From contig OZ024743.1 in the NCBI GenBank assembly GCA_964016885.1, positions 257,238,001 to 257,302,000 on the forward strand: DNA of 64,000 nucleotides, in the 5' to 3' direction. This document shows positions 13,223 through 25,789 of this stretch, in pieces. The notes beneath the pieces are model-generated. The model searched no databases. It worked only from the letters and a program-made list of their open reading frames with translations, and was not told the origin of the DNA. Position numbers and translations under genes: made by a program. Source of the DNA: Eledone cirrhosa. Its lineage: Eukaryota. Position 1 is the first letter of the stretch. Every line of letters starts with the position of its first letter.

Positions 13223-13400
13223 AATATATGAACAACTGTCCGGTTGTGGAACCAACCAACCAACCGGAAATTTATAAATACTTAAATTTATAAATTTAAT
13301 TTATAATAAATTGGAGTGAAAGCAACTGGTGCGTGTGTTTCTTATTGGCACAACATGACCCTCCCAAAGCATAACAATATATATACATATATATATATAT

Positions 13401-13460
<60 letters not shown>

Positions 13461-13924
13461 TGCACACAGGCATATATACATACATGTATGGATACAAATA
13501 TATATATATGGAATATTTTATCGAAATAGAATTTCCTACAGAGACACCAACGAATTAATTTCAACAGCTACTGTTAATCCCTCTTTCAATATGAGTGAAA
13601 TAAAAGCAATCTAGCTGATGTCTGAACTGTATGTCTATCTCTATCTCTCTCTCTCATTTCTCATAATGATTATTTGCAATTTCCACAAATCCATATTATT
13701 ACCCAACAGTTTTGAGATTACTCTATGGAGAAAATAAATGTCTATCTTCACACACAAGACATGAGAAATAGAGATTGTAGAAGTTGATGCCGAGGCAATG
13801 TAAAGTATACAATAAATGTCTCAAAATTTTAATTGTCACTCGACTCTTTAATTTCCTGTATAGCTAGAAACATGTTTTTGTTCTTTTCCTCCTTCCGTGT
13901 ATACATATAAACACACACACACAT

Positions 13925-13967
<43 letters not shown>

Positions 13968-14044
13968 CACACACACTCAAATAAATAGATATACATATAA
14001 TATCAATGTGCTAACATAGAAAGATATATTAAACACTGATGATG

Positions 14045-14121
<77 letters not shown>

Positions 14122-14269
14122 CATATATGTGGCTTTGTATGTGTGTCTGTATATTGGAAATAAAAAAAAAAAATGAATTATCTTGCCCGACATTATGTTC
14201 TTGCTTCCTCTGCTATAATCCTCCCTTCACTATCTATGTCCTGAGAAATTAGGAATAAGAGGGATCAGA

Positions 14270-14945
14270 TGCTGTTTACTTGAGAGAAAACTACGTTGGT
14301 AGGGTCACGTGATGCGCATGAAAGATGACAGCTGTATAAAAAAGTGCAGGGCGATCAAAATTGATGTAAGTTACGGAGTAGGTAGACCCAGAAAAACCTG
14401 GGACAATTTAATAAATCCGACCTAACACACAAACACACTTGCACCTCTCTAAGACAATGTCACTGGACTGAGATCTTTGGCGTCTCGTAGTAATACAGAA
14501 GACCCGCCTTGTCTATGTACAAAGCGAAACCTACATTCAGTAGGCACCTCTTCACCAAATATACACCCCTCTCACTACCCATACTCCATCCTCCCACTCC
14601 CACCAACACCACCCTTTCTCTGTAAAATTACGTTGGTACCACAACATCCAGTCCAAACTAATGAGAAAATGAGATCGAGATCGAAATCGTGTAGTTGTCA
14701 CGACAAAAACACACAGTCCACTCTGCAATGTGGCCGTATAGGTAACACGGTAAAAAGTTCCCAGTTCCACACTGTAAACATAGTTGGTGTTAGGAAAGGC
14801 ATCCAGCCATAGAAAACCTGCCAGATAGTCCTATATGAGCGAGACACGGTCACCCGGCCAATCTTGCCTCAAGTTGGACAACGCCCGTCTAACCCATGCT
14901 ACCATGGAAGATAGACGTTAAACGATGATGATGATGATGATGATA
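14270..14945 (+). mobile_element. RTE 3' end with long 3' UTR and (GAT)n tail
   Basis: HVMRMKDDSCIKKC..GRPRKTW; GTTGGTGTTAGGAAAGGCATCCAGC module; CCCGTCTAACCCATGCTA..GACGTTAAACGATGATG. Confidence 0.75.
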
Positions 14946-14959
14946 TGTATATATATATA

Positions 14960-15055
14960 TATGAAATACCAATGATGGTTGGCAAATTACTGACGAGGGA
15001 CTAATTTTATCATATGTAACCCATGTGCAACCACGCAGTATTCCTCTTTCTTCTC

Positions 15056-15105
<50 letters not shown>

Positions 15106-15692
15106 TAAAGTTAGTCCTTCATCAGTGATCTTCCAATCATCATTGGTATTTCATCGCTTTAAAGACCATATACCTCCGGTTGGTGCGAGCAACGGCTAAA
15201 AAAAGTCGTTGGGACACGTAAATAAAGGGGACACGAGAGTGTAAACTAAAAAGATGGTGAAGCAACGAAAAATGAGGAAGAAGGAGTCAAGTCCTTAATT
15301 TCCATGAATATAAGTTCGGTGAAATCGTGAACGAGAGAGAATAAAGACCATCAAACCTGGTTGGAATGTGAGCAAGGAAGGAATTCCGTACAGGTCTAAC
15401 GGGTGGAAGAAGGGATCTAGTCTGTGAATTCGGTGAACGTAAGTTCTGTGAAATCGTATACGAGAGAGAGAAAAAAAGCGACCTGCCTGACCAAGGGTGC
15501 GAAAGAAACGAATTACGCACATTTCAAACGGAACCCCGACGGTTGTTTTGACAGCTAGATCCGAGCTGTCGAAACGGCCGGAGCTCAGCCGTCAGGGTCC
15601 TGACTCTTTTCCTAGCACCCACTCTACTACCCTAAGTATCGAGTACTCTGGTGTGTTAAGGTCCACTTGGTTTCTTACCACACTTTCTTTGT
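14960..15692. repeat. Inverted/tandem repeat family (related to 22808-23393) with a half-hammerhead fold-back at 15530-15600
   Basis: 14961-15012 is the reverse complement of 15105-15155 around a (TA)n tract. AGCTGTC-GAAA-CGGC.cggagctca.GCCG-TC-AGGG at 15564-15597; similar half motif at 53837-53872. Confidence 0.65.
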
Positions 15693-16507
15693 TATATATA
15701 TATATATCAAATGAGGCAACGGAGTAAAGAACTTGCGTTAATCCATGCAATTTAATTTGAATGGTTAGATGCAATTTCTAGCAGTTTTATTTTCCCATTC
15801 AGGCCACTAGATACACTCTGAAGCACATAGTTTTCCTTTTCTCTCCCCACGTACTGACGCCTAGTTACCTAATTTCTAATTGGAAGTGAAAGGCATATTT
15901 TCTGAAACACCTGCTGATGATCTATGGAAAATGTGATTCATGCACTACTAGTGAAACAATCCCTCAACGGCACTGTACAGTTATCATAGTAATGAAAGTA
16001 CGTTTTCCATTTTTATTAATTTTTTTTAAATAATTTATTTCCTGTACCTCTCGCAGTTCTTATGTTTTTCACTCTAGTGGTAATATACCCCCTGTAATGA
16101 AAACACATTCTCTTTGTCTGTTCTCTCCTCTCTATATTATATATCATCATCATCATCATTTTACGTCCACTTTTCCCTGCTTGCAAGGGTGGGACGGGAA
16201 CTGATTCTGGCTTGATTTCTACAGCTGGATGCCCTTCCTAACACCAACCTCATTTACAGTGAGTGCTGGGCGCTTTTTTGCCGTGGCACCTCCACAACCA
16301 CTTTACAGTGGAATGATAGGAACACCAGTCCTATCATCTCATTTCTACAGCTGAGTAAACTGGAGCAATGTGAAAAAGTCTGCTGTGCACTCCCAGTTAT
16401 CTGCACCACACAGAAGACACCACTCATGTGCCCTATATGGCATAGCTCTTCCTGGCCATAATATATATATATATATATACATATATATATAGGTATGTGT
16501 GTGTGTA

Positions 16508-16545
<38 letters not shown>

Positions 16546-16546
<1 letters not shown>

Positions 16547-17495
16547 TAGCTGAGTAGCCTGTCGTTGCCATGCAATAATCACAATAGTATGTATGCCTCA
16601 AATGTTTATTGGTTTTTCCATCTGGTGTTTAGATGTAAAGATTTTTCTGACTTCCTACTCTTGAACATCCAACATAAAGCTGACCATAGGTGAAGCAGAG
16701 CTTTTCAATGTGAAAAACAGCAACCGAAAATGTTTATTCTTGTGATTTGTTGATGGTTATATCAAAAGTAAGACTCACTGGATATTGAAGTCGTTTGAAT
16801 TGAAATGGGACAGCTGTGGTGATAAAAGGAATTCTTGGAATGAACACACTCTCTCCCCTGTCACATCCTGTTGAAATTGTGGCTTGAATCACATGTGGAT
16901 ACATATATTTAACAAACAATTAAGTGCCGTTGCGTAGCCTTGGTGGGTTCAAATTCCTCAATAATATGATGGGTGCTTCTTCTTTATGATGAAGGACATG
17001 TGGAGGCATTCCTGATGGTTCTAAATAGTTGAGGAACTCTGTCGAGTAATTGACAGCTTCCGACTGTTCCAACACAGTGATGAGAGATCAACAGGGCTTT
17101 GAAACCTTTGGAATTCTTTTTAACAACCCTTGATTTACCAATTTCACAGTCACATTTTCAGGGCCAATATAGCCCTTTTACTGAGCCACTTGTGACTTGC
17201 GAACTGATATTTAAGATTAGTGAACACTTTTCCTATGATATGGAATAATTATCCCTTCATCATGCCTATGGGACTTATATCAATAGTTCCCTAACTATCT
17301 ACAGGAAGTCTTCCATCCCCAAGCATTAATAGATTATGTGCGAATTGCGCTGATTGTTTGTCTCCACCAAGATAAGCTATCATGTTTGTAGCAAGCTTCA
17401 AAACTGTGATAGAAGTCTAAAGTGTCACTTGTATTCAAACAGGCTCGAATTTGATCAGTGCAATTCCTTTTTGGGATTACTGAGAGAGTTTGTCT
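16546..17495 (-). mobile_element. Degenerate Helitron helicase remnant with 3' CTAG end
   Basis: VFIPRIP..PFQFKRLQYPVSLTFDITINKSQ, DFRQTLSVIP, PPRLRNGT; hairpin+CTAG at 16546-16575. Confidence 0.85.
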
Positions 17496-17688
17496 AAAAT
17501 CTGCTACTACTACCACCACCACCAATAACAACAACTATACTACGACCACCACCACCACTACTACTACCATAAACTCCACTACTACCACCACCATAGAAGA
17601 TATAGAAAGAGAATGAGAGAGTGTGGTAAAGATATATATAGAGGGGAAACGCATAAAATACTGAAAGAGACAGAGAGAAAAATTTAAA

Positions 17689-17733
<45 letters not shown>

Positions 17734-17867
17734 CTGGCAGTTGTAGATTCTAATGATATTCAATATTGGTGATCTTGAAGTTGATTTATATCTCGTAGCA
17801 ATTTTATTTTTCAATAACTAACAACCCAAAAACATTTTCCTTGGGATTGCAGATTTTGTGAATGAAA

Positions 17868-18428
17868 ACCGTTTTCTCCGCTTTTCCCTGCTTGCAAATG
17901 TAGGACGGGTCCTATTCAGCACAGCATCTCTCCACTTGTCACGGTCCTTCGTCATCTCCTCCGTGAGTTTCAGCGATCTGAGGTCTGCTCTCACCACCTC
18001 TGCCCATGTTTTTCGTGGTCTTCCTCTACAACTTCTTCCTTCAACTGGCATTACTTGGCACTCCTTCACCCATCGGTCATCCTCCATGCGCATCACATGT
18101 CCATACCATTGCAGTCTCCTCTACCGCACACAACAATTTATCCCTCTCAGACACACTTTCACTCTCAACACATCCATACTCGGCCGTTCATGCACATTGA
18201 CATTGCACATCCAACGGAGCATGCTTGCCTCATTTCTCTCCAGCTGTCGCATATCCTCTGCAGTTGCTGCCCATGTCTCACTACCATGCATCATCACGCA
18301 CCTCACACAGGCATCATATAACCGGCCCTTCATCAGCAGAGGAAGCAGCTCCCTAAACTTCTTCCAACCCATCCTTATTCTAGATACTATGGCCTCGGAA
18401 CACCCCCTCCCATGCTAATCTGATCATC
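17868..18428 (-). mobile_element. RTE-clade LINE 3' fragment
   Basis: GWKKFRELLPLL..GRLYDACVR..HGSETWA; GRPRKTWAEVVRADL. Confidence 0.9.
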
Positions 18429-18619
18429 TAGGTACCGGAAGCTATCAACCACTTCTTTAGCACCCACCTGCATTTGAAAAATGTGTCTATCAATGCGACT
18501 TCTACTGTCAAATTTCCCTGTACATCTACTGCATACGTATTTATATATATATATATATATATATTTCGTTTCTGAATTTGTTTAGCAAGATTCTTTATCT
18601 GAAATCGTGTGTTGAAACC

Positions 18620-18942
18620 GATATTGTTATACTTTGGGAGGGTCATGTTGCCAATAAGAAACACACGGACCAGTTGCTTTCACTTCAATTTATTATATAG
18701 GATAGAAGAAAGGAAAGGCACAGAAACAAAGAAAGGAATCCCCAGTCACTGAAGAGGTCACAGAGTGTGTGACGAAAGGACTATGACTATATATAAACAA
18801 CTATTTGGTTGTGGAACCAACCAACCAGAAATTTATAAGTTTGTAAATTTGTAAATTTATAAATTTATAAATATATAATAAATTGAAGTGAAAGCAACTG
18901 GTGCGTGTGTTTCTTATTGGCAACATGACCCTCCCAAAGTAT

Positions 18943-18950
<8 letters not shown>
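18620..18950 (+). repeat. Short element with inverted arms (18621-18698 / 18873-18950) and hammerhead at 18744-18788
   Basis: AGTCA-CTGAAGA-GGTCAC.agagtgt.GTGAC-GAAA-GGAC-TA-TGACT; stem I AGTCA/TGACT; followed by (TA)n. Confidence 0.8.
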
Positions 18951-19025
<75 letters not shown>

Positions 19026-19063
19026 TGTATATATATATATAGGTGTATATATATATATAGGTG

Positions 19064-20256
<1,193 letters not shown>

Positions 20257-20259
20257 ACT

Positions 20260-21545
20260 TTGATAACTTTGATAGGTTTCGACCAGTATTGGCCCAGGCC
20301 ATGTCTAACTTAATAGCACCACCTAGCGAAGTCTTACAAATCAGTGTTTGGGCACCATGGCCCACTTGAGCAGAGAGTTATTGTTTACGAAGGCATATCC
20401 GGGTGTAGGAGGCTTATCCGGGATTTCTTGAAGGAAATAGGGCAAAGCTGATGGAATATTTTCCACCTCATGGAGATAATGTAGCGCTCACAGCGATGTT
20501 GGAGAGAATAAAGGTTGAGCTTTTCTAATCGACTCCAATAGTCAAGGCCTGTCATGCCATCTATCTTTTCTGTAATCGATCTTTGGGGTATTTCAACTTT
20601 CATGATACTTTGTTTTGTATTGGAACAACAGTATTCAAGGTGGGGTCGGGCAAAAGTGGAGGAGAGAAGGATAACAGTGTGGATATCTCTCAGCTGGAAG
20701 GTTCTGAGAATCCAGGAACACATTCTGCGGGTCACGTCAACTTTGCTGTTTATATGAGTAGCCCAGCTTATGTTGTTGTCCACAATTACTCCCAGGTCTC
20801 TGATGTTGTTGGATGGCACTAGAGTTTCACTCGAAGGAAGAGAGTATGGTAGTTTCAGGGCATCCTTTTTTCCAAAGTGGATTAATTCAAACTTATCCTC
20901 ATTCAACAGCATATGTTCTTTTCTGCCCATTGGATAACAGCCAGTAAGTCTGACTGAAGGCAAGTCCGGTCACCAAGCTCATTGATGACCCTTTGGAGCT
21001 TGGAATCATCTGCGAAGATTCTTATGTTGCTGTGCTTGATGATGTCAGTAATGTCATTAATGTAGATGATGAAAAGAAGTGGGCCCAACACAGTGCCTTG
21101 TGGGACGCCACTGCTGACTTTGGCAGGGCTTGATTTTACTCCTTCGACTACAATATGTTGGGTTCTGTCTGACAGGAAACATTTGATCCACTGTAGTAAC
21201 TTTCCATAGACACCAATATTGGATAGTTTTTTCAGTAGAATCTTATGATCAACCCTGTCAAAGGCCTTGCTGAAATCAAGGTAGATGACATCAGTGTTGG
21301 AGCCCTCTCCCAAGGCTCTCAAAACATCGTCAAAGTGATGCAGGAGCTGCGTTAGGCAGTCCCTTCCATTACGGAACCCATGTTGGTTGGAGTTCAGCAG
21401 GCCGTTGGTTTCAAGAAAGTGGGTTATTCGTGATCTGACCACCTTCTCAAATACCTTGATAATATGAGAGGTGAGTGAGATCGGACTGCAAGGGACTTAT
21501 TTCCCTTTTTGAAGACTGGGACAGAAAGTTTTCAGGAATATAGCC
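20260..21545 (-). mobile_element. CR1/Jockey-group LINE RT fragment (decayed relative at 43200-43720 +)
   Basis: QHGFRNGRDC, YLDFSKAFDRV, SGVPQGTVLGPLLF, FADDSK, RPHLEYC. Confidence 0.92.
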
Positions 21546-21560
21546 AGAATCCAGTGAGAT

Positions 21561-22140
21561 CTGCTATCGTCCTCAGTTAGGGTCATAAAACTATCAAGTC
21601 CCTATCTCCCAATAGCTGTAAAAGACGCTGGACATCAATCAAATCTGTAGAATTACAGTCGGTCACAGTTAATGTGAGTGGGTACACACACACTCACACA
21701 CCGACGCGAGGTCAAAGAAAAGATATATATATATACATATACCAACATAGCATCAAATCTGTAGAACTATAGACGGTCACACTTAGTATGAGTACACACA
21801 CACTCACACACACACCGACGCGGTGTAAACTAGTTGTAAACTAACTTTCGGTGAATACTATGTTGGTATATTTATATTTTTTCTTTGACCTCGCGTCGGT
21901 GTGTGTGTACTCACTCACACTAACTGTGACCGTCTATAGTTCTACAGATTTGGTGCTATGTTGGTATATGTATATATATTTTTTTCTTTGACCTCGCGTC
22001 GGTGTGTGAGTGTGTGTACCCACTCACATTAACTGTGACCGAGTGTAATTCTACAGATTTGATTGATGTCCAGCGTCTTTTACAGCTATTGGGAGATAGG
22101 GACTTGATAGTTTTATGACTCTAACTCAGGACGATAGCAG
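21561..22140. repeat. Inverted repeat with internal ~110-bp sub-repeats
   Basis: 21561-21822 is the reverse complement of ~21893-22140. Both outer ends carry CTGAGGA/CTCAGGA-CGATAGCAG (5' half of a possible hammerhead). Confidence 0.85.
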
Positions 22141-22243
22141 TCCCCGTGTTTTGACTGCTTGATCTTCATATGAGGGACTAAACTCTGTGAGTGAACATCG
22201 TTAATTTTCTCCCTCATATCAAGGATTTGAAGACAATTCATTT

Positions 22244-22317
22244 TCACCTGACAAGATCAGTGATAATCGATCATGGCTACACGATCGATCTATCTCTTAT
22301 TGAAACATGTGTCGTGA
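22244..22317 (+). ncRNA. Hammerhead motif with one core mutation (CTGACAA)
   Basis: TCAC-CTGACAA-..ATCGATC.atggctacac.GATCGAT..-GAAA-CATGTG-TC-GTGA. The 3' part is duplicated at 22684-22790. Confidence 0.6.
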
Positions 22318-22382
22318 TTAAAATGATTGGAAATGTATACCATGCCTTCGGATCTTTATTTTGATATATATATATATATATA

Positions 22383-24012
22383 TAATATAATTGAATAAAC
22401 AAGAGAGATGAACACTAATATAAACATACATGTGTTCGAATCGTCTTAGAGCTATTTAATTGTAAGGGACTACCCTGAGTTCTAAACTCAATATATATTT
22501 GTCGGCTCCATCATGTAGATCTAATCTTTATTGTCCTGTCAGCCCGGCTGCTATTTTTAGCGGCAGGGAATTTCGAGACAAGATGGGTTCCGAATGACAC
22601 GTGCGATAATTCATATCGTACACAATTCATTCTCTAATATTTTTAGAAGTGAAAGGATCACTAATTTCTCAAAAACTACTGAGGATAATCGATCATGGCT
22701 ACACGATCGATCTATCTCTTATTGAAACATGTGTCGTGATTAAAATGATTGGAAATTTATACCATGCCTTCGGATCTTTATTTTGCTATATATATATATA
22801 TATATATAAAACATGAGAAGAATGAATACTGCGTGGTTGCGCATGGGTTACATATGATAAAAATAGTCCTTCATCAGTGATTTTTCCAACCTTCATTGGT
22901 ATTTCATCGCTTTAAAAATCATATACCTCCAGTTGGTGCGAGCAATAGCTAAATAAAGCTATTGGGACAAGTAAATCACGAAAAGCGAGCGAGACAAGTA
23001 AACAAACATAGAAGGATAGCAACGCAAAGATAGGAAAAAACAAGCACATGGGAGTCCCATCAGCTTAAGCTGTGTGGATTTCATGGGCGAGAGACAACAG
23101 GCCGTGCGATGCGAGTGAGGTGTGAGCAAGAAAGGACCCCACTTCAGGCCAAACGGGAGGAAGTGAGAAGGGGAGAAGCAGAGAGTGGGTGAGTGGATGT
23201 GCGAGGAGGAGGTCAGTCGAGAGAAAGTGTAACTGACAGAGGGGGCGAAAGAAGGTGAGAGAAACAGAGAGAGGGGAGAAGTAGTAAGAGAGAAACAGAC
23301 AAACGCAGCTGGGGAAAATATATATAAAAAACATGAGAAGAATGAATACTGCGTGGTTGCACATGGGTTACATATGATAAAAATAGTCCTTCATATATAT
23401 ATATATATAAGAACGAGTATATATATATAATATAATTGAATAAACAAGAGAGATGAACACTAATATAAAAATACATGTGTTCGAATCATCTTAGAGGTAT
23501 ATATTTGTCGGCTCCATCATGTAGAGCTAATTTTTATTGTCTTGTCAGCCAGGCTGCTATTTTTAGCGGCAGGGAAGTTCGAGACAAGCTGGGTTCCGAA
23601 TGACACGTGCGATAATTCATATCGGACACAATTAATTCTCTAATATTTTTAGAAGTGAAAGGATCACTAATTTCTCAACAACTACTGAGGAGCAGAGAAA
23701 CGTGAGAACTTCACTTAATCAGTTGTTGCGGAACAGTCTCCAACACTGTCTAGTTGTTACCAGGTATTTTTGCCCAATATAGGTCTATTATTTTTCTTAA
23801 TTTAATATTCAAAGTTAAGGGTAATATTCGATATTGCTGTAGTTAGTATTTTTTCATCCCAGCAAATTTTAGTCCTTACGATTCGAACACATGTATGTTT
23901 ATATTAGTGTTTATCTCTCTTGTTTATTCAATTATATTGTACGGCTCGGAAAAGCTTTTTTCTTAGAGCTATTTAATTGTAAGGGACTACCCTGAGTTCT
24001 TAACTCAATATA
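22383..24012 (+). repeat. Two copies (22383-22685, 23428-24012) of a ~510-bp unit with inverted 5' stub and partial tandem end; a separate ~520-bp tandem unit lies between them (22808-23393)
   Basis: 23430-23488 is the reverse complement of 23880-23938; TCTTAGAGCTATTTAATTGTAAGGGACTACCCTGAG recurs at 22444 and 23961; 22808-22873 repeats at 23328-23394. Confidence 0.8.
23677..23758 (+). ncRNA. Type I hammerhead with full-length stems, GAAA changed to GGAA
   Basis: AACAACTA-CTGAGGA-GCAG...TTGC-GGAA-CAGT.ctccaac.ACTG-TC-TAGTTGTT; perfect 8-bp stem I and 4-bp stem III. Confidence 0.75.
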
Positions 24013-24616
24013 TATATATATATATATTATTTTAATGAAGCATATTTGATTTGATTTTCGCCAACAAACAACGTGTGGACATGGACAGGGGGAAAAAATC
24101 ACTACATCCCTTAGGCATCGCAGTAAGTACTTCACAAAACCTATAAACAACAATATACACACAGATCTATATACAGATACATACCACACACATATACACA
24201 CAAGTGAAAAGAAACCACACTATTTCGTGTGAGACACTATACCGGTCAATCTTATGTACATTTGTAAAATCTTTCTGAACATTGACTTCGCTTCTAACCC
24301 ACATACAATTTTTAATTATATATATATAATTATATATTCGTGTGCAGATCTTTTTGCATACCCACACACATACTACATAGGAAAACAGAAATACAAAAAC
24401 AAAAACATAAACAAACATTTATCTCGTTAATTTACGCAGCATATTTATTTGTTTACATGCGCAGTTCCGTTTGTACACACGCACAACATTTAGGAAAACA
24501 GAAACAAAAATACACAAAAAACAAACATTTTATTTCTATCGTAATCAAGTGCGCTAAACCTATATTGTTTACATTCTGTGTTTTTCTACGGATTGGCAGA
24601 AATAATAAAATTGCCA

Positions 24617-25785
24617 TGGTGATATCTATGGATGAAGTATGCCACAAAACTGGTTAATGTTCCAAAATAGAACATTGCCCAGAAAATCACACCTGCCATA
24701 TCTGTACGGAACTCGAAAACTCGTTCCGTAATCACTAGGTCGAATGTGGAACCTGTCGCATCTCTGTCTGCCTTCAATGCGCCACAGGCTTCCGGAAGAT
24801 CCCAGGCTAAATAAGAAACATCATATTGCTATGATGGATGGACTCTGGGAGATGATCCAGCTAACAAATTGGTCCTTTCAGTGCCTGGACTGTATGCCTG
24901 CCTCTACCATTGCTGCTGAACAACAACAACAAAAACCGAAGATCGTGTCTTCTACTATTCTTCCTGAACAACAGCAAAAACCCAAAACCAAAAGACCAAA
25001 GACCGTAGCTTCTGCTACTACCCCCGTTGAAGGATATCATCAACAACAGCAACCCATGTCTTCCTCCCCCGTTACTTTTCAACAACAAAAACCGACGACT
25101 GTGTCTTCTCCTATCATGCCTGTTGAAGGAGAACAACAACAAAAACCGACCGTCAATACAGAGTTTGGGGAAATACGGCAAATGATTTCCCCTTTAAGCC
25201 GAGAAATATGGGGAATAAAATCAAGCGTTCGTGTAGAACCCCACAATGAGGGATCTTACCGGAGTGCCTTGTTAAAAAATTTCCGCGTACCTCATGTTGA
25301 ACCTACACGCATTGAGGATGCCACTGAATCTGTAAACCACGAAGTGATTGCCATTAGTGTACCAGAAGACAGTTGATCTTCAGGCATTTGCTGCCAGTTC
25401 ATCCAAAGACCTGGGCTGTGCTCCCGCGAAGGGTGCTCTACGCCTTGGCCGACCAGGTCCGAAACCCAGGCTAATTAGACTGTCTTTTTCGAACTCAACT
25501 GAGGCATGTTCATACTTTGTAGCCTCTGATAAAGCTAGGCGTGAAAGTCGGATTGCTTTCCAAACACGCCCTGTTCTTCCATCTGATGTACACCCAAAGT
25601 TGCGTGCTGCAGCTTCCTTAAACCGCAGCTCGGCAGAACATGAAAGCTTCAGCCTACTTGATGATGGGCAAATATGGAAGTTTGTTAAGGCTGGCGAAAC
25701 GGGGAAAAGAGATACCAGCTGGTCTGAAAACACTGTACCCACAACAACTGACAATAAAAAAACTGGAAAAACTCTGGGAAACTAA
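24617..25785 (+). pseudogene. ORF1 of CR1-like LINE (PHD-like Cys finger, Q/P/T-rich linker), disrupted
   Basis: Reading through stops and a frameshift gives CHIC...CGTC...CLQC...WSFQCLDC. The C-terminal RLGRPGPKPRLIRLSF is typical of CR1/Jockey-group ORF1. Lies directly upstream of EN-RT. Confidence 0.65.
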
Positions 25786-25789
25786 ATCA

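Noticed and set aside
15915-15965. CTGATGA...GAAA spacing
   Set aside because: No stem I or stem III pairing; chance match.
22544-22570. Resemblance to tRNA-Sec (GCCCGG..GCTG..TAGCGGCAG)
   Set aside because: No cloverleaf, anticodon arm or T-loop.
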